The notes beneath the pieces were generated by a model. That model ran no database searches. It was not told the DNA's origin and saw only the letters and a program-made list of their open reading frames with translations. Source: Squalus acanthias (taxonomy: Eukaryota). From it: DNA of 64,000 bases. This document shows positions 24,919 to 37,869 of the stretch, in pieces. Position 1 is the first letter of the stretch; each line of letters opens with the position of its first letter. The translations under genes were made by a program, and so were the position numbers. The stretch is taken from assembly GCA_030390025.1 (NCBI GenBank), contig CM059431.1, forward strand, positions 101,744,001 to 101,808,000. The letters run 5' to 3'.

Positions 24919-25125
24919 TTAGCTCGTGTCCCCTTGCACCGCTAGCTCGTGTCCCCTTGCACCGTTAGCTCGTGTCCCCTTGCACCGTTAGCTCGTGTCC
25001 CCTTGCACCGTTAGCTCGTGTCCCCTTGCACCGTTAGCTCGTGTCCCCTTGCACCGTTAGCTCGTGTCCCCTTGCACCGTTAGCTCGTGTCCCCTTGCAC
25101 CGTTAGCTCGTGTCCCCTTGCACCG
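24919..25125. repeat. 23-bp tandem repeat (ttagctcgtgtccccttgcaccg) x9
   Basis: Direct reading; abuts an L2 3' fragment. Confidence 0.95.
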
Positions 25126-25356
25126 GGCCTTCAGCTGCCGAGGCCCTGAGCTCTGGAATTCCCTCCCTAAACCTCTCCGCCTCTCTACCTCTCTCTCCTC
25201 CTTGGAACCTACCTCTTTGACCGAGCTTTTGGCCACCTGTCCTAATATCTCCTTCTGTGGCTTCGGTGTCAAATTTTGTTTGATAATCGCTCTAGTGAAG
25301 CACCTTGGGACGTTTTACTACGTTAAAGGCGCCGTATAAATGCAAGTTGTTGTTGT
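25125..25356 (+). mobile_element. L2-type LINE 3' end
   Basis: RAFS..GPELWNSLP and (ttg)n tail. Confidence 0.8.
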
Positions 25357-26715
25357 ATTTAAACGGTGGTAATTTTTAATTCAGTTTTCTTGCTGTCTGG
25401 GAATGCCTCTCCTGATCTTGCCAATGTTATCTGTGGCCGTGCAGATGAGAACACGACCGCTCTGATGGCCACTTATGCAGAAGCTGCATTATAATTTAAG
25501 TTATGAGGACAGGTTGCACAGTCACTGCCAGTACTCCCTTGAGTATAAAAGATTATAGGGTAATATAATTCAACTGTTTAAGATGACTAAAGGATTAAAA
25601 AACGATTTCCTCGGCATGAACCTGTCGCTGCAAGCCCTATGTTGTGTCAGTTGGTTCTACTCTGAATGCGTTTCACCTCTTGTGCTTCAGGGATCGTCCT
25701 CTCTCCTTTCTTCCCCCGACCCTCGGCCCTGTCCTTGTTGCCTCTGCTCCACCATTGATGGCTGCACATTCAGCCACTTTGCGACTGAACACCTCCCACA
25801 CTGGGATGAGACGTTGAACCCAGGCCCCGTCTGCCCTCTCAGGTGGACGTAAAAGATCCCACTATTTCGAAGAAGAGCAGGCCAGTTCTTCCCCCCGGTG
25901 TCCTGGACAATTTTTATCCCTCAACTAACATCACGTTAAAATAAATAAATAAATAATTGTTGTTTTGAAACCCAAGGTTGTTCGTTCTTTTCTCAGCAAG
26001 ACCTGATTTTGTTTAGTTCAAACTAAACTCAATCATTGAGTTTTGCAGGACTAAAGCACTTGACTTTATTTTCACATTTGACGCTATGTTTAGCCAGCAA
26101 GCATCGCACGTTAATGGAGCTGTCCACTTTCTTTGCTCATGTCCTGGGGGCCAATATTTATCCCTCAATCAACATCACTAAAACAAAACAGATGATCTGG
26201 TCATTATCACATTGCTGTTTGTGGGAGCTTGCTGTGCGCAAATTGGTTGCCGCATTTCCTACATTACAACAGTGACTACACTCAAAAAGTACTTCATTGG
26301 CTGTGAAGCGCTTTGGGACATCTGTGAAAGGCGCTATAGAAATGCAAGTCTTTTTCTTTGCTTTTAAAAATTGCCGCAAGACTCTTCTCTCGAACTCTGC
26401 TTTCTGTTCTTTTCTCCTCCACCCCCCACTCTTTACTTTCCTCTTTCCCCTCCTGCTCGGCATGTCCTTCGAATGCTCAGTGAGACATCTTCCCACAGCG
26501 CGGCAGAAATGCAGGAAGTTCTTCGAGCCGAATCTGCCAGTGCCGTTCACCTCACGTCTAGAGTTCAGTATTTTTCCTGTTGATCAGGCCCATTTGATGT
26601 CATTAGTTACTGTCTGCACGAGTATTTTAATAATTCGATTATGGACTTCTAATTCTGAATATATATATTTTTTTACCTTAGATGAATTTCTCCTTCTTGC
26701 AGTTATCTCTAAATG

Positions 26716-27292
26716 CATAAGAACATTAGGAGCAGGAGTCGGCCATCCGGCCCCTCGAGCCCATCAATAAGATCATGGCTGATCTTTGACCTCAACTCCA
26801 CTTTCCCGCCCGATCTCCATATCCCTCGATTCCCCTAGAGTCCAAAAATCTATCGATCTCAGTCTAGACGACTGAGCCTCCACAGCCCTCTGGGGCAGAG
26901 AATTACAAAGATTCACAACCCTCTGAGTGAAGAAATTCCTCCTCATCTCAGTCCTAAATGGTCTACCCCTTATCCTGAGACTGTGACCCCCTAGTTCTAG
27001 ACTCTCCAGCCAGGGGAAACAACCTCTCAGCGTCTACCCTGTCAATCCCCTTCAGAATCTTGTCTGCTTCAATGAGATCACCTCTCATTCTTCTAAACTC
27101 CAGAGAGTATAGGCCCATTCTACTCAATCGCTCCTCATCGGACAACCCTCTCATCCCAGGAATCAATCTAGTGAACCTTCGTTGCACCGCCTCTAAGGCA
27201 TGTATGTCCTTTCTGAGAGACCAAAACTGTGCACAGTACTCCAGGTGTGGTCTCACCAAAGCCCTGTACAATTGTAGCAAGACTGCCTTACT
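26716..27292 (-). mobile_element. CR1 LINE 3' fragment
   Basis: LYRALVRPHLEYCAQFWS remnant. Confidence 0.9.
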
Positions 27293-28239
27293 CTTGAAGG
27301 CAAAACAGGGTTTGGAGTGCAAGTCCTGACATGTGCCAATGGGGCAATGTCAATTATCGCATTTCTAATATTGCACTCAACACATTACTAGATTCCAACA
27401 ACATTAAAATTCTTCTTTCCCTCACACTGGCGCAAACTATATTTTGTGCCTGATTTGCTGATCCTCTGTATTACTGCCCGGCCCTATTTCTACCTGTGGT
27501 TGAAGTGCATTGCCCGGTATTTTGGCAGGTGCTGGTTGTTCATTGAGAGACGCCAGGTTTCTTTTGAAAGGTCAGGATGAAAGAAGCCTTTCTTTTTTCT
27601 TCATGTAAATTTTTGACAAGTGATTTGCTTCCTTGTGTTGGGAGATGTGCCTTTGTAACAACTGGTTCCACTGGTAGATTAATGGAACTGGTTTCTTGCA
27701 CAACTCCAGATTGTTGGAACTCCGCGGTGAACGATCTTCCCGCCCACACGACAGCGAGGGGAATGTTTGTAAAGCTGGTGGTGAGCGTGCGTGCGTGCAG
27801 CAGGGAATAAAAATGCACGGTCGGAAATTGGAATTGCGAGTTGCGGAGTAAGATTGCGCTTCCTCGGTTCTGGTCTACCGCAGATACTGCAGAATGCGCT
27901 TCTGTTCTTCTCTACCTTCTGAGTACCTGGGGGGGGGGGGGGGGGCGGTTACTTGTTTATGTTGCGGAGACACTAAAGGAGGTGGCTCCGAGAGTTTCGC
28001 AGTTGTCCCCTTCTGCCTCATTCATGCTGCTGAGCCAAGTGACTAACAGCAGGGAGAAAGGTGTCAACGGCCGCTGGAAGTCGCTGCCCACCAGATTATG
28101 CCCCGAGTGCCTCAATCCCGGCTACAACTGAAAGTAATTTCAGCAGGCTTACTGCTCCTTGTTTGTATTGTTAAATGTATTTTTTTTTGTAAGTATGCAT
28201 GTGCCAAATTGCTGCATCAGGCATCTTGATACATCGAAT

Positions 28240-28605
28240 CGCACAGCACAGAGGAGACCATTCGGCCCATCGTGCCTGTGCTGGCTCTTTGAAAGAGCTC
28301 TCCAATTAGTCCCACTCCCTGCTCCCCTGCTCTTTCCCCACAGCCCTGCACATTTTTCCTTTTCAAGTATTTATCCAATTCCCTTTTGAAAGTCACTGTT
28401 GAATCTGTTTCCACCGCCCTTTCAGGCAGCGCATTCCAGATCACAACAACTCACTGCGTAAAAAAATAAAAAATCTTTCCTCATCTCTCCCCTCTGGATC
28501 TTTTGCCAATCACCTTCAATCTGTGTCCTCGGGTTACCGACCCTCCTGCCACTGGAAACAGTTTCTCCTCATTTACTCCATCAAAACCCCTCATGATTTT
28601 GAACG
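28240..28605 (-). mobile_element. CR1 LINE 3' fragment
   Basis: WNALPE.AVE...FKRELDKYL remnant. Confidence 0.8.
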
Positions 28606-29849
28606 CAAAGCAACTTCTGTTGCACAATATTTTATCGTTTTAATGTTTCAATCTTATCACAAGGAGACCTAAACGATTTACACCACGCGCTAGGTTCAAA
28701 TCCAAGGCTCCGAAGGTAAAAGAGCCATTTGAGATGAGTATTGTACCCGTATCACCTGCCCCAATTTTTACGTCATCCTGTATTTTTACGCAGCGAGTTG
28801 TTGTGATCTGGAATGCACTCTGACGATGGAAGCAGATTCAATAATAACTTTCAAAAGGGAATTGGATCAATACCTGAAATTTGCAGGGCTGTGGGGAAAG
28901 AGCAGGGGGAGTGGGACTAATTGGAGAGCTCTTTCAAAGAGCCGGCACAGGTCGATGGGCCGAATGGCCTCCTTCTGTGCTGTTTGATTGTAGCACTGGA
29001 GCTTTGGACTTGCACCTAGAAGGCCTAAATCTGAATTCCAGTTTCGCTCCTATTCCTGCTTGTTCTTCTCGGGAAGGAAGTGCCCAGCAGCTTTGATGAG
29101 TTTATGGTTGGATGGTCCGGGGTGGGGTGGATGCGGGGCAGGGGGACTGAGAGATGGACAGCTGCCCTGGCGAGATGCCGATTCACCCAGGTTATTTCCA
29201 GATGAATAAACTCGGGGTCAAGGCTGCCATTTTTACAGAGATTCTTGTTGAATCAAGCTGACCTGATGATAATGGTACCTTGAAGGAGAAAAAACAATCG
29301 CCGTGAAATGGTACGGCCCAGTATCTTGTGACTAAGGCTCCTGAAATCTGAAAGAAAGATTTAAAGGGTTTAATTACAGCTGTTCAGTGGCCAGAACAAT
29401 TTTTTGTTCCCAAACCCACGACCTCTACCACCCAGAAGGACAAGGGCAGCAGGCGCATGGGAACACCACCACCTCCAAGATCCCCTCCAAGTCACACACC
29501 ATCCTGACTTGGAAATATATCGGCCGTTCCTTCATCGTCGCTGGGTCAAAATCCTGGAACTCCCTCCCTAACAGCACTATGGGAGCATCTTCACCACACG
29601 GACTGCAGCGGTTCAAGAAGGAGGTTCACCACCACCTTCTCAAGAGGCAATTAGGGATGGGCAATAAATGCTGGCCTTGCCAGTGACGTCCACATCCCAT
29701 GAATGAATATAAAAAAGGATAGCACCTATAATCTGCACTGTATTTAAGCTTCCAATTTTCATTAATCGCTTTTTTTTGGAGAGCGGTCTGATTTCTAAGA
29801 TCATGCATTTTTAAAGTCAGCGTTTGTCTTTACCGTTTTAAATCTTCAG

Positions 29850-30028
29850 ACTTGCAGCTTGACTTCACGCTGACCGATGACTTCTGCAAGAACCATTTCT
29901 TGGTGGGGCTGCTGCTGAGGGAGGTTGGCAGTGCGTTGCAGGAGTACAGGGACGTGCGTCAGATTGCCATCAGCGTGCTGAAGAGTTTGATGATTAAGCA
30001 CACCTTCGATGACCGATACACAGCTAAG
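29850..30028 (+). CDS. DOCK9: DOCK9 exon (DLQLDFTLTDDFCKNHFLVGLLLREVGSALQEYRDVRQIAISVLKSLMIKHTFDDRYTAK)
   Basis: cttcag acceptor, gtatgc donor, 179 nt, phase 1/0. Confidence 0.95.
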
Positions 30029-30174
30029 GTATGCAGAGTTCCTTAAAATATCTCGAGGCAGGTGGAATAGGGAAGATGCTGTGGTGTTTTAGAAACGTGT
30101 GTTTCAGTGCAACTTGCTTATCTCTTCCCTTGTGATAGATTAAAAAAAAGATATTGTGCAATGCAACACTCGAG

Positions 30175-30820
30175 AAGCTAAACCAGCCACAAATACTGTG
30201 GCAACAAGAGCAGGTCAGAGGCTTGGTATTCTGTAGCAAGTGTCCCACCTCCTGACTCCCCAAAGCCTTTCCACCATCTACAAGGCACAAGTCAGGAGTG
30301 TGATGGAATACTCTCCACTTGCCTGGATGAGTGCAGCTCCAACAACACTCAAGAAGCTCGACACCATCCAGGACAAAGCAGCCCGCTTGATTGGCACCCC
30401 ATCCACCACCTTAAACATTCACTCCCTCCACCACCGGCGCACCGTGGCTGCAGTGTGTACCATCTACAAGATGCACTGCAGCAACTCGCCAAGGCTTCTT
30501 CGGCAGCAGCTCCCAAACCCGCGACCTCTTCCACCTAGAAGGACGAGGGCAGCAGGCGCATGGGAACACCACCACCTCCAAGTTCCCCTCCAAGTCACAC
30601 ACCATCCTGACTTGGAAATATATCGGCCGTTCCTTCATCGTCACTGGGTCAAAATCCTGGAACTCCGTCCCTAACAGCACTGTGGGAGTACCTTCACCAC
30701 ACGGACTGCAGCGGTTCAAGAAGGCGGCTCACCACCACCTTCTCAAGGGCAACTAGGGATGGGCAATAAATGCTGGCCTTGCCAGTGACACCCACATCCC
30801 GAGAGTGAATACATATTTAA
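30175..30820 (+). mobile_element. Non-LTR retrotransposon 3' fragment (YKAQVR family)
   Basis: Closely similar to 11680-12360. Confidence 0.85.
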
Positions 30821-31194
30821 AAAGCAGAAGTTGCTGAACGAGAATCGTAGAAAGAAAATAAGTTTTCGAAACTTTAAATATTCAGTGTGACAGTGTGAAG
30901 ATTTCCCTGTCTGTGTGTCAGTATTATTTGGAGCGGTGGAGTATTTAGTTGCCACATTTATTAAATAGAGTTTGAGATGCTGTGGTGCTTTCACTGTGTC
31001 AGACGGTGCGAGAGATTTAGGGGGACAAGGGTGGGATGTAATGGAGTGCAGTCACAGTCACACAGACTCGCAGTGCTGACTTTGCCCATGGTGGGCTCCG
31101 TGCTGCGAGCCAGAACTAAGGGACTCGGGAGTTTTGGGAGAGATGAGCTTGAGCACGGCGAGCAGATTAAAGGAACTTAGAGAAGAAAAGGAAA

Positions 31195-31630
31195 GAAGGA
31201 ACTTGCATTTCTACAGCGCCTTTCGTGATCTTAGGACATCCCAACATGCTTTACAGCCAGTGAAGTACTTTTGAAGTGTAATCACTGTCGTGATGTGGGA
31301 AACGCGGCAGTCAGTTTGCGCACAGCAAGCTCCCACAAGCAGCAATGTGATGATGACCAGATAATCTGGTGGAGGGATAAATATTGGCCCAGGACACCGG
31401 GGAGAACTCCCCTGCTCTTCTTCAACATAGCCCCATGGGATCTTTTACGTCCACCTGAGAGAGCAGACGGGGCCTCGGTTTAACGGCACCTCCGACAGTG
31501 CAGCACTCCCTCAGTATTGCACTGGCGTGTCAGCCTAGCTTTATGTGCTCAAGTTCCTGGAGTGGGACTCGTACCCACAGCCTTCTGATTCAGAGGCCAG
31601 AGCGCTACCCACTGAGCCACAGCTGACACC
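31195..31630 (-). mobile_element. SacSINE1-like SINE
   Basis: Family match within the window. Confidence 0.85.
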
Positions 31631-31759
31631 TGGAGTTCCCACTCCATAATGTAAGCCAGATGTGCAAAACAGCTGCTGAAACCATAGACTGTGTCAGTTG
31701 GCACTAAATACAAGTCACGGCATTGAGCAAACTGTGATCGTCTCAGCTGAATGATGGTA

Positions 31760-32365
31760 CCTCCGACAGCGCTGCGCTCCCTCAGTACTGCCCCTCCGAC
31801 AGTGCGGCGTTCCCTCAGTACTGCCCCTCCGACAGTGCGGCGCTCCCTCAGTACTGCCCCTCCCACAGTGCCGCACTCCCTCAGTATTGCCCCTCCGACA
31901 GTGCGGCACTCCCTCAGTACTGCCCCTCCGACAGTGCCGCGCTCCCTCAGTACTGCCCCTCCGATAGTGCGGCGCTCCCTCAGTACTGCCCCTCCGACAG
32001 TGCGGCGCTCCCTCAGTACTGCCCCTCCCACAGTGCCGCACTCCCTCAGTATTTCCCCTCCGACAGTGCGGCGCTCCCTCAGTACTGCCCCTCCGACAGT
32101 GCCGCGCTCCCTCAGTACTGCCCCTCCGATAGTGCGGCGCTCCCTCAGTACTGCCCCTCCGACAGTGCGGCGCTCCCTCAGTACCGCCCCTCCGACAGTG
32201 CGGCGCTCCCTCAGTACTGCCCCTCTGACAGTGCGGCGCTCCCTCAGTACCGCCCCTCCGACAGTGCGGCGCTCCCTCAGTACCGCCCCTCCGACAGTGT
32301 AGCACTCCCTCAGTACTGCCCCTCTGACAGTGCGGCACTCCCTCAGTACTGCCCCTCCGACTGTA
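31760..32365. repeat. 33-bp minisatellite (cctccgacagtgcggcgctccctcagtactgcc) x~18 inside a SINE (31740-32472, -)
   Basis: Direct reading; unit derives from SINE internal sequence. Confidence 0.95.
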
Positions 32366-33144
32366 CTGCAGTGGGAGTGCCGGCTTAGCTTTATGTGCTC
32401 AAGTGTCTGGAGTGGGGACTGTGAACCCACAACCTTCTGACTCAGGCGAGAGTGCGATACCCACTGAGCCACATTTGGCAGGAGGTTAGCGAACGAGCGA
32501 TTAATTGGAGAGGACAGATGGGTTGATGGTGGATTATTTGAGGAGTGAGGCGATGATGACGGCAGTTTTCAGAAGGATCTAATGGTGTTTGAGCAAAGCC
32601 GACACATTGTCGGTCAGCACAGGGCTCAGGAAGGCTGATCGGGTGGGGAGGGGATCAGGGGAGCTGGAGGTGAATCACATGGGAGGGATGGGGGGGAACG
32701 GCAGAGTGACGGGGGGGATTGGAGCTCGATCGGGTGGGAGACTCGGGGTCAGGTCATGTGGAGGGTTGGGAGGAGAGGAAGGTGAGGTAGCGTCAGAGAC
32801 CGGTGTGTGAATGGTCTCAGCCTTGGAGACACAAAATCCACAAGCTCTTGGCACTTTTTGAGGGACAGAGAAAGGGGTTTGAAGGACAGTTCGTCATGGA
32901 GTCAACTCATGGCTGAGGGAAGCAGAGAGATCCTCGATTTAATGTCGTATTTGAAATACAGCGCTTGCTCGGTACTGCACTGCAGGTGAGGTCTTTGGTT
33001 ACACTGTCATGGATTTATAAAAATGGTTTGTGGTATATTTTAAGCTGGAAGACATCACTTGCTCAGCACTTTGTGTCACATTTCCAGAGTTGTTACAATT
33101 AAAAGTTTGCCTTTCCTGCCGAGTGTCTTTTCATAGCTCGGTAT

Positions 33145-33175
33145 CGCCACTTGGTGGAAGCACGTAACATTGCAG
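33145..33175 (-). promoter_or_regulatory. Candidate CTCF site with upstream (U) motif
   Basis: - strand CTGCAATGTT-N5-CTT-CCACCAAGTGGCG. Confidence 0.5.
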
Positions 33176-33874
33176 TCATTTCAAAAATCCATCTTAAAAT
33201 ACTTGTAATGGCCACAAGCCTGCTTCAAGTTCAAAATTGGTGGAAGGTGAAATAGAGGGGCTTGCAGCCCACCAACCCCTCCCTACCTTAAACGTAAGCT
33301 TCCTCAGACATCCGTGTAAAACAGAAGCCAGCTTGACTCAGCTGCACTGGGAATCTGCCACGGTTTTTATGACGGAATTTTCTTTTTGAAGTCGAGCAAA
33401 AGTTGAATCAGCAAATGCTGCTCGTAACAAGATCCCGTCGGCAACATTGAGATCAGCGACCATTTAATCTGCTCTTGTGTGGTGCTGGGTGAGGTTGGAT
33501 TTTTGGCCGGGTCTGTTGGAGAACTCCTGACTCCACTTCATATTGTGCCCGAGGCTCTTTTACATCCATCAAGAACAGGCCACTGGGGCTGTCAGTTTAG
33601 TTTCGGATGTATTTCACTCAATGCAGCGCTCCCTCGCTCGTGCATCAGTCGGGGGCATCTTTGGACCATTTCGGAATCACAGAATAGAATCACACAGCAC
33701 AGAAGGGGGCCATTCGGCGTATCGTGCCGGCTCTTTTGAACGAGCTCTCCAATTAGTCCCATTCCCCCCTGCTCTTTCCCCAGAGCCCTGCAAATTTTCT
33801 CCAATTCAAGTATTTATTAGTTCCCTTTGGAAACTAACTATTGAATCTGCTTCCACCATTCCAGGCAGCGCATA

Positions 33875-34330
33875 TAAGTTTTTTATTAATTCATTCACAG
33901 GATGTGGGCGTCGCTGGCAAGGCCCAGCATTTATTGCCCATCCCTAGTTGCCCTCGAGAAGGTGGTGGTGAGCCACCTTCTTGAACCGCTGCAGCCCGCG
34001 TGGTGATACTTCTTTGTCGCAGTGTGGTACAACTCATTTAAGAGTCAACCACATTGCTGTGGGTCTGGAGTCACTTATCGGCCAGACCGGGGTAAGGGCG
34101 GCAGATTTCCTTCCCTAAAGGACATTAGTGAACCAGATGGGTTTTTGCGACAATCCGGTAGTTACATGGTCGCCATTATTAATACCAGCTTTTTATTCCA
34201 GATTTATTTAATTAACTGAATTTAAATTCCCCAGCTGCCGTGGTGGGATTTGAACTCACATCTACCGGATCACTAGTCCAGGCCTCTGGATTACTAGTCC
34301 AGTAACATAACCACTATGCTACCATTCCCA
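33875..34330 (-). mobile_element. Second-family tRNA-derived SINE
   Basis: Matches 21135-21565. Confidence 0.75.
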
Positions 34331-34599
34331 TGAGTGGGCGAAACTGGTGGCAGACGGAGTTTTTATATTTTGAATCGTGTTCCTTCTGCAGGAATTATTT
34401 TTTTCTATGAAGAAGTGCACTTCTGAATCCACAGAAAAATACTTCGGTCTACTCGCATTTCCATGGCTGTCTTGTTTCTAACACATAAATACACCTTGAT
34501 CCCCCCAAGGTTACACCTCAAAAGTACTTCATTGGCTGTAAAGCACTTTGAGACGTCCGGTGGTCGTGAAAGGCGCTATAGAAATGCAAGTCTGTATTT

Positions 34600-34740
34600 C
34601 TGTCCTTTCTTTCTTTCTCTCTCTCTCCCTCCCTCCTTCCCTCCCTCCTTCCTTCCCTCCCTCCTTCCCTCTCTTTCTCTCTCTCGTTCCCTCTTTTTCT
34701 CTCTCTCTTTTTCTCTCTCTCTCTGTCTCTCTTTCTCTCC

Positions 34741-34771
<31 letters not shown>

Positions 34772-35031
34772 CCTCTTTCTCTCTCTCTCCCTCTTTCTCT
34801 CTCCCTCTTTCTCTCTCTCTTTCCCTCTTTCTCTCTCCCTCTCTCGCTCTCTCTCTCTCTCTTTCCCTCTTTCTCTCTCTCTCTTTCCCTCTTTCTCTCT
34901 CCCTCTCTCGCTCTCTCTCTCTCTTTCCCTCTTTCTCTCTCTCTCTTTCCCTCTTTCTCTCTCCCTCTCTCGCTCTCTCTCTCTCTTTCCCTCTTTCTCT
35001 CTCTCTCTTTCCCTCTTTCTCTCTTTCTTTC
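34600..35031. repeat. Long (CT)n/polypyrimidine tract
   Basis: Direct reading; extends from a SINE tail (34515-34595). Confidence 0.95.
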
Positions 35032-35150
35032 TAACGAGGGTGTCATTGTTGGATTTTTCTTATTGCGTGTAGCAGTGATGTGGTGCAAATGTGGTCATTC
35101 CTGGCCTACAGTATAGATCGCTCACTGTGAAATTGGTTCTCTCCTCACAG

Positions 35151-35267
35151 AGCCAGCAGGCCAGAATTGCCACTCTGTACTTGCCGCTTTTTGGCCTCCT
35201 GCTGGAAAATGTGCAGCGCATTAACGTGAAGGATTGCTCGCCGTTCCCGATCAACCAGTCCAGCAAC
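35151..35267 (+). CDS. DOCK9: DOCK9 exon (SQQARIATLYLPLFGLLLENVQRINVKDCSPFPINQSSN)
   Basis: tcacag acceptor, gtgagt donor, 117 nt, phase 0/0. Confidence 0.95.
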
Positions 35268-35479
35268 GTGAGTACCGTTTATTTCCCCCGCTGGTCGCTC
35301 CTGGAGCCAGGAGGTTGCTTTTTCCGCTCCTGAGTGTTTGTCGATCGCCTGTTTGTGCTCCACCTGGTGGAGGATTGTCGGTGTTGCAGGTTGGTCGGTT
35401 GCGTCTCGTACGGCTTGGAACCTTATCAAAGCGCTCAATGGAATCGGTGCGCATTGAGTCAGGGAGTGGGCAGAACTGT

Positions 35480-36995
35480 GGCGGGTGGGGTTCAGTGTGG
35501 GGGAAAGCGCGAGGCCATCCACTTCGGGACACACAGATAGACCGAGCAGAGAGTATTTTCTCAATGGGGAGAAGTTGGAAACAGGAGCAGCGGAGAGATT
35601 TTGGGGTCCGTGTGCGGAGATCACTTGAAGCCAGCGGGCAGGTGCAGAAAATGGTCGAAATGGCGAATGGAATGTTGGCCTTTATCCCGAGGGGCTGGAA
35701 TACAGAGAGGGATGGAGGTGATGTTAGGTTTTGTAAAGCTCTGGTTAGACCCACATCTGGAGCGATTGCGTTGAGCTCTGGGCCCCGCACCTCAGGAAGG
35801 AGATATTGGCCTTGGTGGGTGGGGGGGGGGGGGAGCAGCGCAGATTCACCAGATTGATACCGGGGCTTAAAGGGTTAAATTCTGAGGACAGGTTGCACAG
35901 ACTGGGCTTGTATTCCCCTGAGTATAGAAGATTAGGGGATGATCCAAGAACACAAGAACGTCAGAATTAGGAGCAGGAGTCGGCCATTCGGCCCCTCGAG
36001 CCTGCTCCGCCATTCAACAAGATCATGGCTGATCTTTTACGTAACTCCACTTGCCCGTCCGATCCCCATAATCCCTTGGTGCCCAAGATTGAGGTGTTTT
36101 AAGATGATTGAAGGAGTTGATGGGGTAGATAGAGAGAAACTATTTCCTCTGGTGGGGGGAGTCCAGAACAACCTTAAAATTAGAGCCAGGCCGTTCAGAG
36201 GTGATATCAAGAAGCACTTCTTACTGCGTGCAGTTCTGGTCACCACATTACAGGAAAGATGTGATTGCATTAGAGGGAGTGCAGAGGAGATTTACGAGGA
36301 TGTTGCCAGGACTGGAGAATTTTAGCTGTGAGGAAAGATTGGATAGGCTGGGGTTGTTTTCTTTGGAACAGAGGAGGCTGAGGGAAGACCTTATTGAGGT
36401 GTATAAAATTATGAGGGGCCTAGATAGAGTGGATAGGAAGGACCTATTTCCCTGAGCAGTGAGGTCAATAACCAGGGGGCATAGATTTAAAGTAATTGGT
36501 AGAAGGTTTAGAGGGGAGTTGAGGAGAACTTTTTTCACCCAGAGGGTGGTGGGGGTCTGGAACTCACTGCCTGAAAGGGTGGTAGAGGCAGAAACCCTCA
36601 TCACATTTAAAAAGTACTTGGATATGCACCTGAAGTGCCGTAACCTACAGGGCTACGGACCAAGAGCTGGAAAGTGGGATTCGGCTGGATAGCTCTTTGT
36701 CGGCCGGCACGGACCAGATGGGCCGAATGGCCTCCTGTGCTGTAAATTACGATGATTCTATGATTCTTCGCACAAAGGGTGGTGGAAATCTGGAACTCTC
36801 TCCCCCAAAAAGCCATTGAGGCTGGGGGTCAACTGAAAATTTCAAAACTGAGAATTGCTGGATTTTTGTTGTTGTAAAGGGATTTTAAGGGTTACGGAAC
36901 CAAGGCGGGTAGATGGAGTTAAGATACAGATCAGCCGTGATCTCACTGAATGGCGGAACAGGCTCGAGGGGCTGAATGGCCTCCTCCTGTCCCTT
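35480..36995 (+). mobile_element. Compound CR1 cluster: older copy with nested insertions (about 35945-36085 on -, about 36220-36765 on +)
   Basis: Host sequence breaks at aagcacttct (about 36220) and resumes at ttcttcgcacaaaggg (about 36765). Confidence 0.8.
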
Positions 36996-37131
36996 TTTAG
37001 TCGATGTCTATATCCAGTGGGCTACTAAGATTTAGTATCAGTGTTACACCAGTTGTGGATTGATTTATTTTTATTCTAAAAACCGAATGGTTTAAAGCTT
37101 TGAGCTGCAGCGATACAGTGACCGTGTGTGT

Positions 37132-37144
37132 CCAGCAGAGGGCG
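37132..37144 (+). promoter_or_regulatory. Candidate CTCF site
   Basis: CCAGCAGAGGGCG, full match to the core consensus CCASYAGRKGGCR, in non-repetitive DNA. Confidence 0.55.
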
Positions 37145-37869
37145 ATGTGTTCGCCCACTCCCCCTCGAGTGCATTCTCGGATCCACCTGATTTATACTGA
37201 TGTGAAAATGAGCCGTTAAATCCAGCCTAGTGTGCTGGCGCCACCCTGTGGAAAGGTTCGTGTTTGCATCGTGTGTCGCTCGATACGACTGAAAAGTGTA
37301 ACAAAGGGATATTTAAAAAAAAATATGTAAGTGCAAAGTGAAGCAATATATTTCTACAGTTCCATCCTCGAAAGCTCATCCTTTGAATATTCTGCATAAA
37401 GTTCTTCAGCGGCTGGTGCAACTTTATTCCTCCCAAGGAATTGACTCTTGCCTAAACTTTTTATTTTAAACGCTTTCAGCGCGGATGGGACATTTCGCAA
37501 CAGCACCTTAAGGTTGGCTTTTGTTCAGAAGCTCAAGGAACTGACGGGTTGAATTTTCCGATCGCGCTCCTGCGAACCGCCTCGGAGAAGCTTCACTACG
37601 GTGCTGTATAAATGCAAGTTGTTGTTGTTGTCGATGGTGATTCATTGACTCGGCAGGAAGATGCGTGTTTGTGGCGGGTGAGGTGACCAAACGACTCTTG
37701 CAGCAGGGCTGCAGGTCATCACGTCGCTGTTGGTGGGGATCTTGCCGTGCGCAAACTGTCTGCCGCGTTTCCGACGTTACAGCGGTCTGCCATTGGCTGT
37801 AAAAAAAATCAGGTAAACACAGAAGCAAAATGCTGCGGATGCTGGAAATCTGAAATTAAAACGGAAAAT

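Noticed and set aside
31549..32472. ORFs with RRTVGGAVLRE / STAPPTVRRSL repeats
   Set aside because: Product of a 33-bp SINE-derived minisatellite
34463..35116. SL-rich and ER-rich ORFs
   Set aside because: (CT)n microsatellite translation
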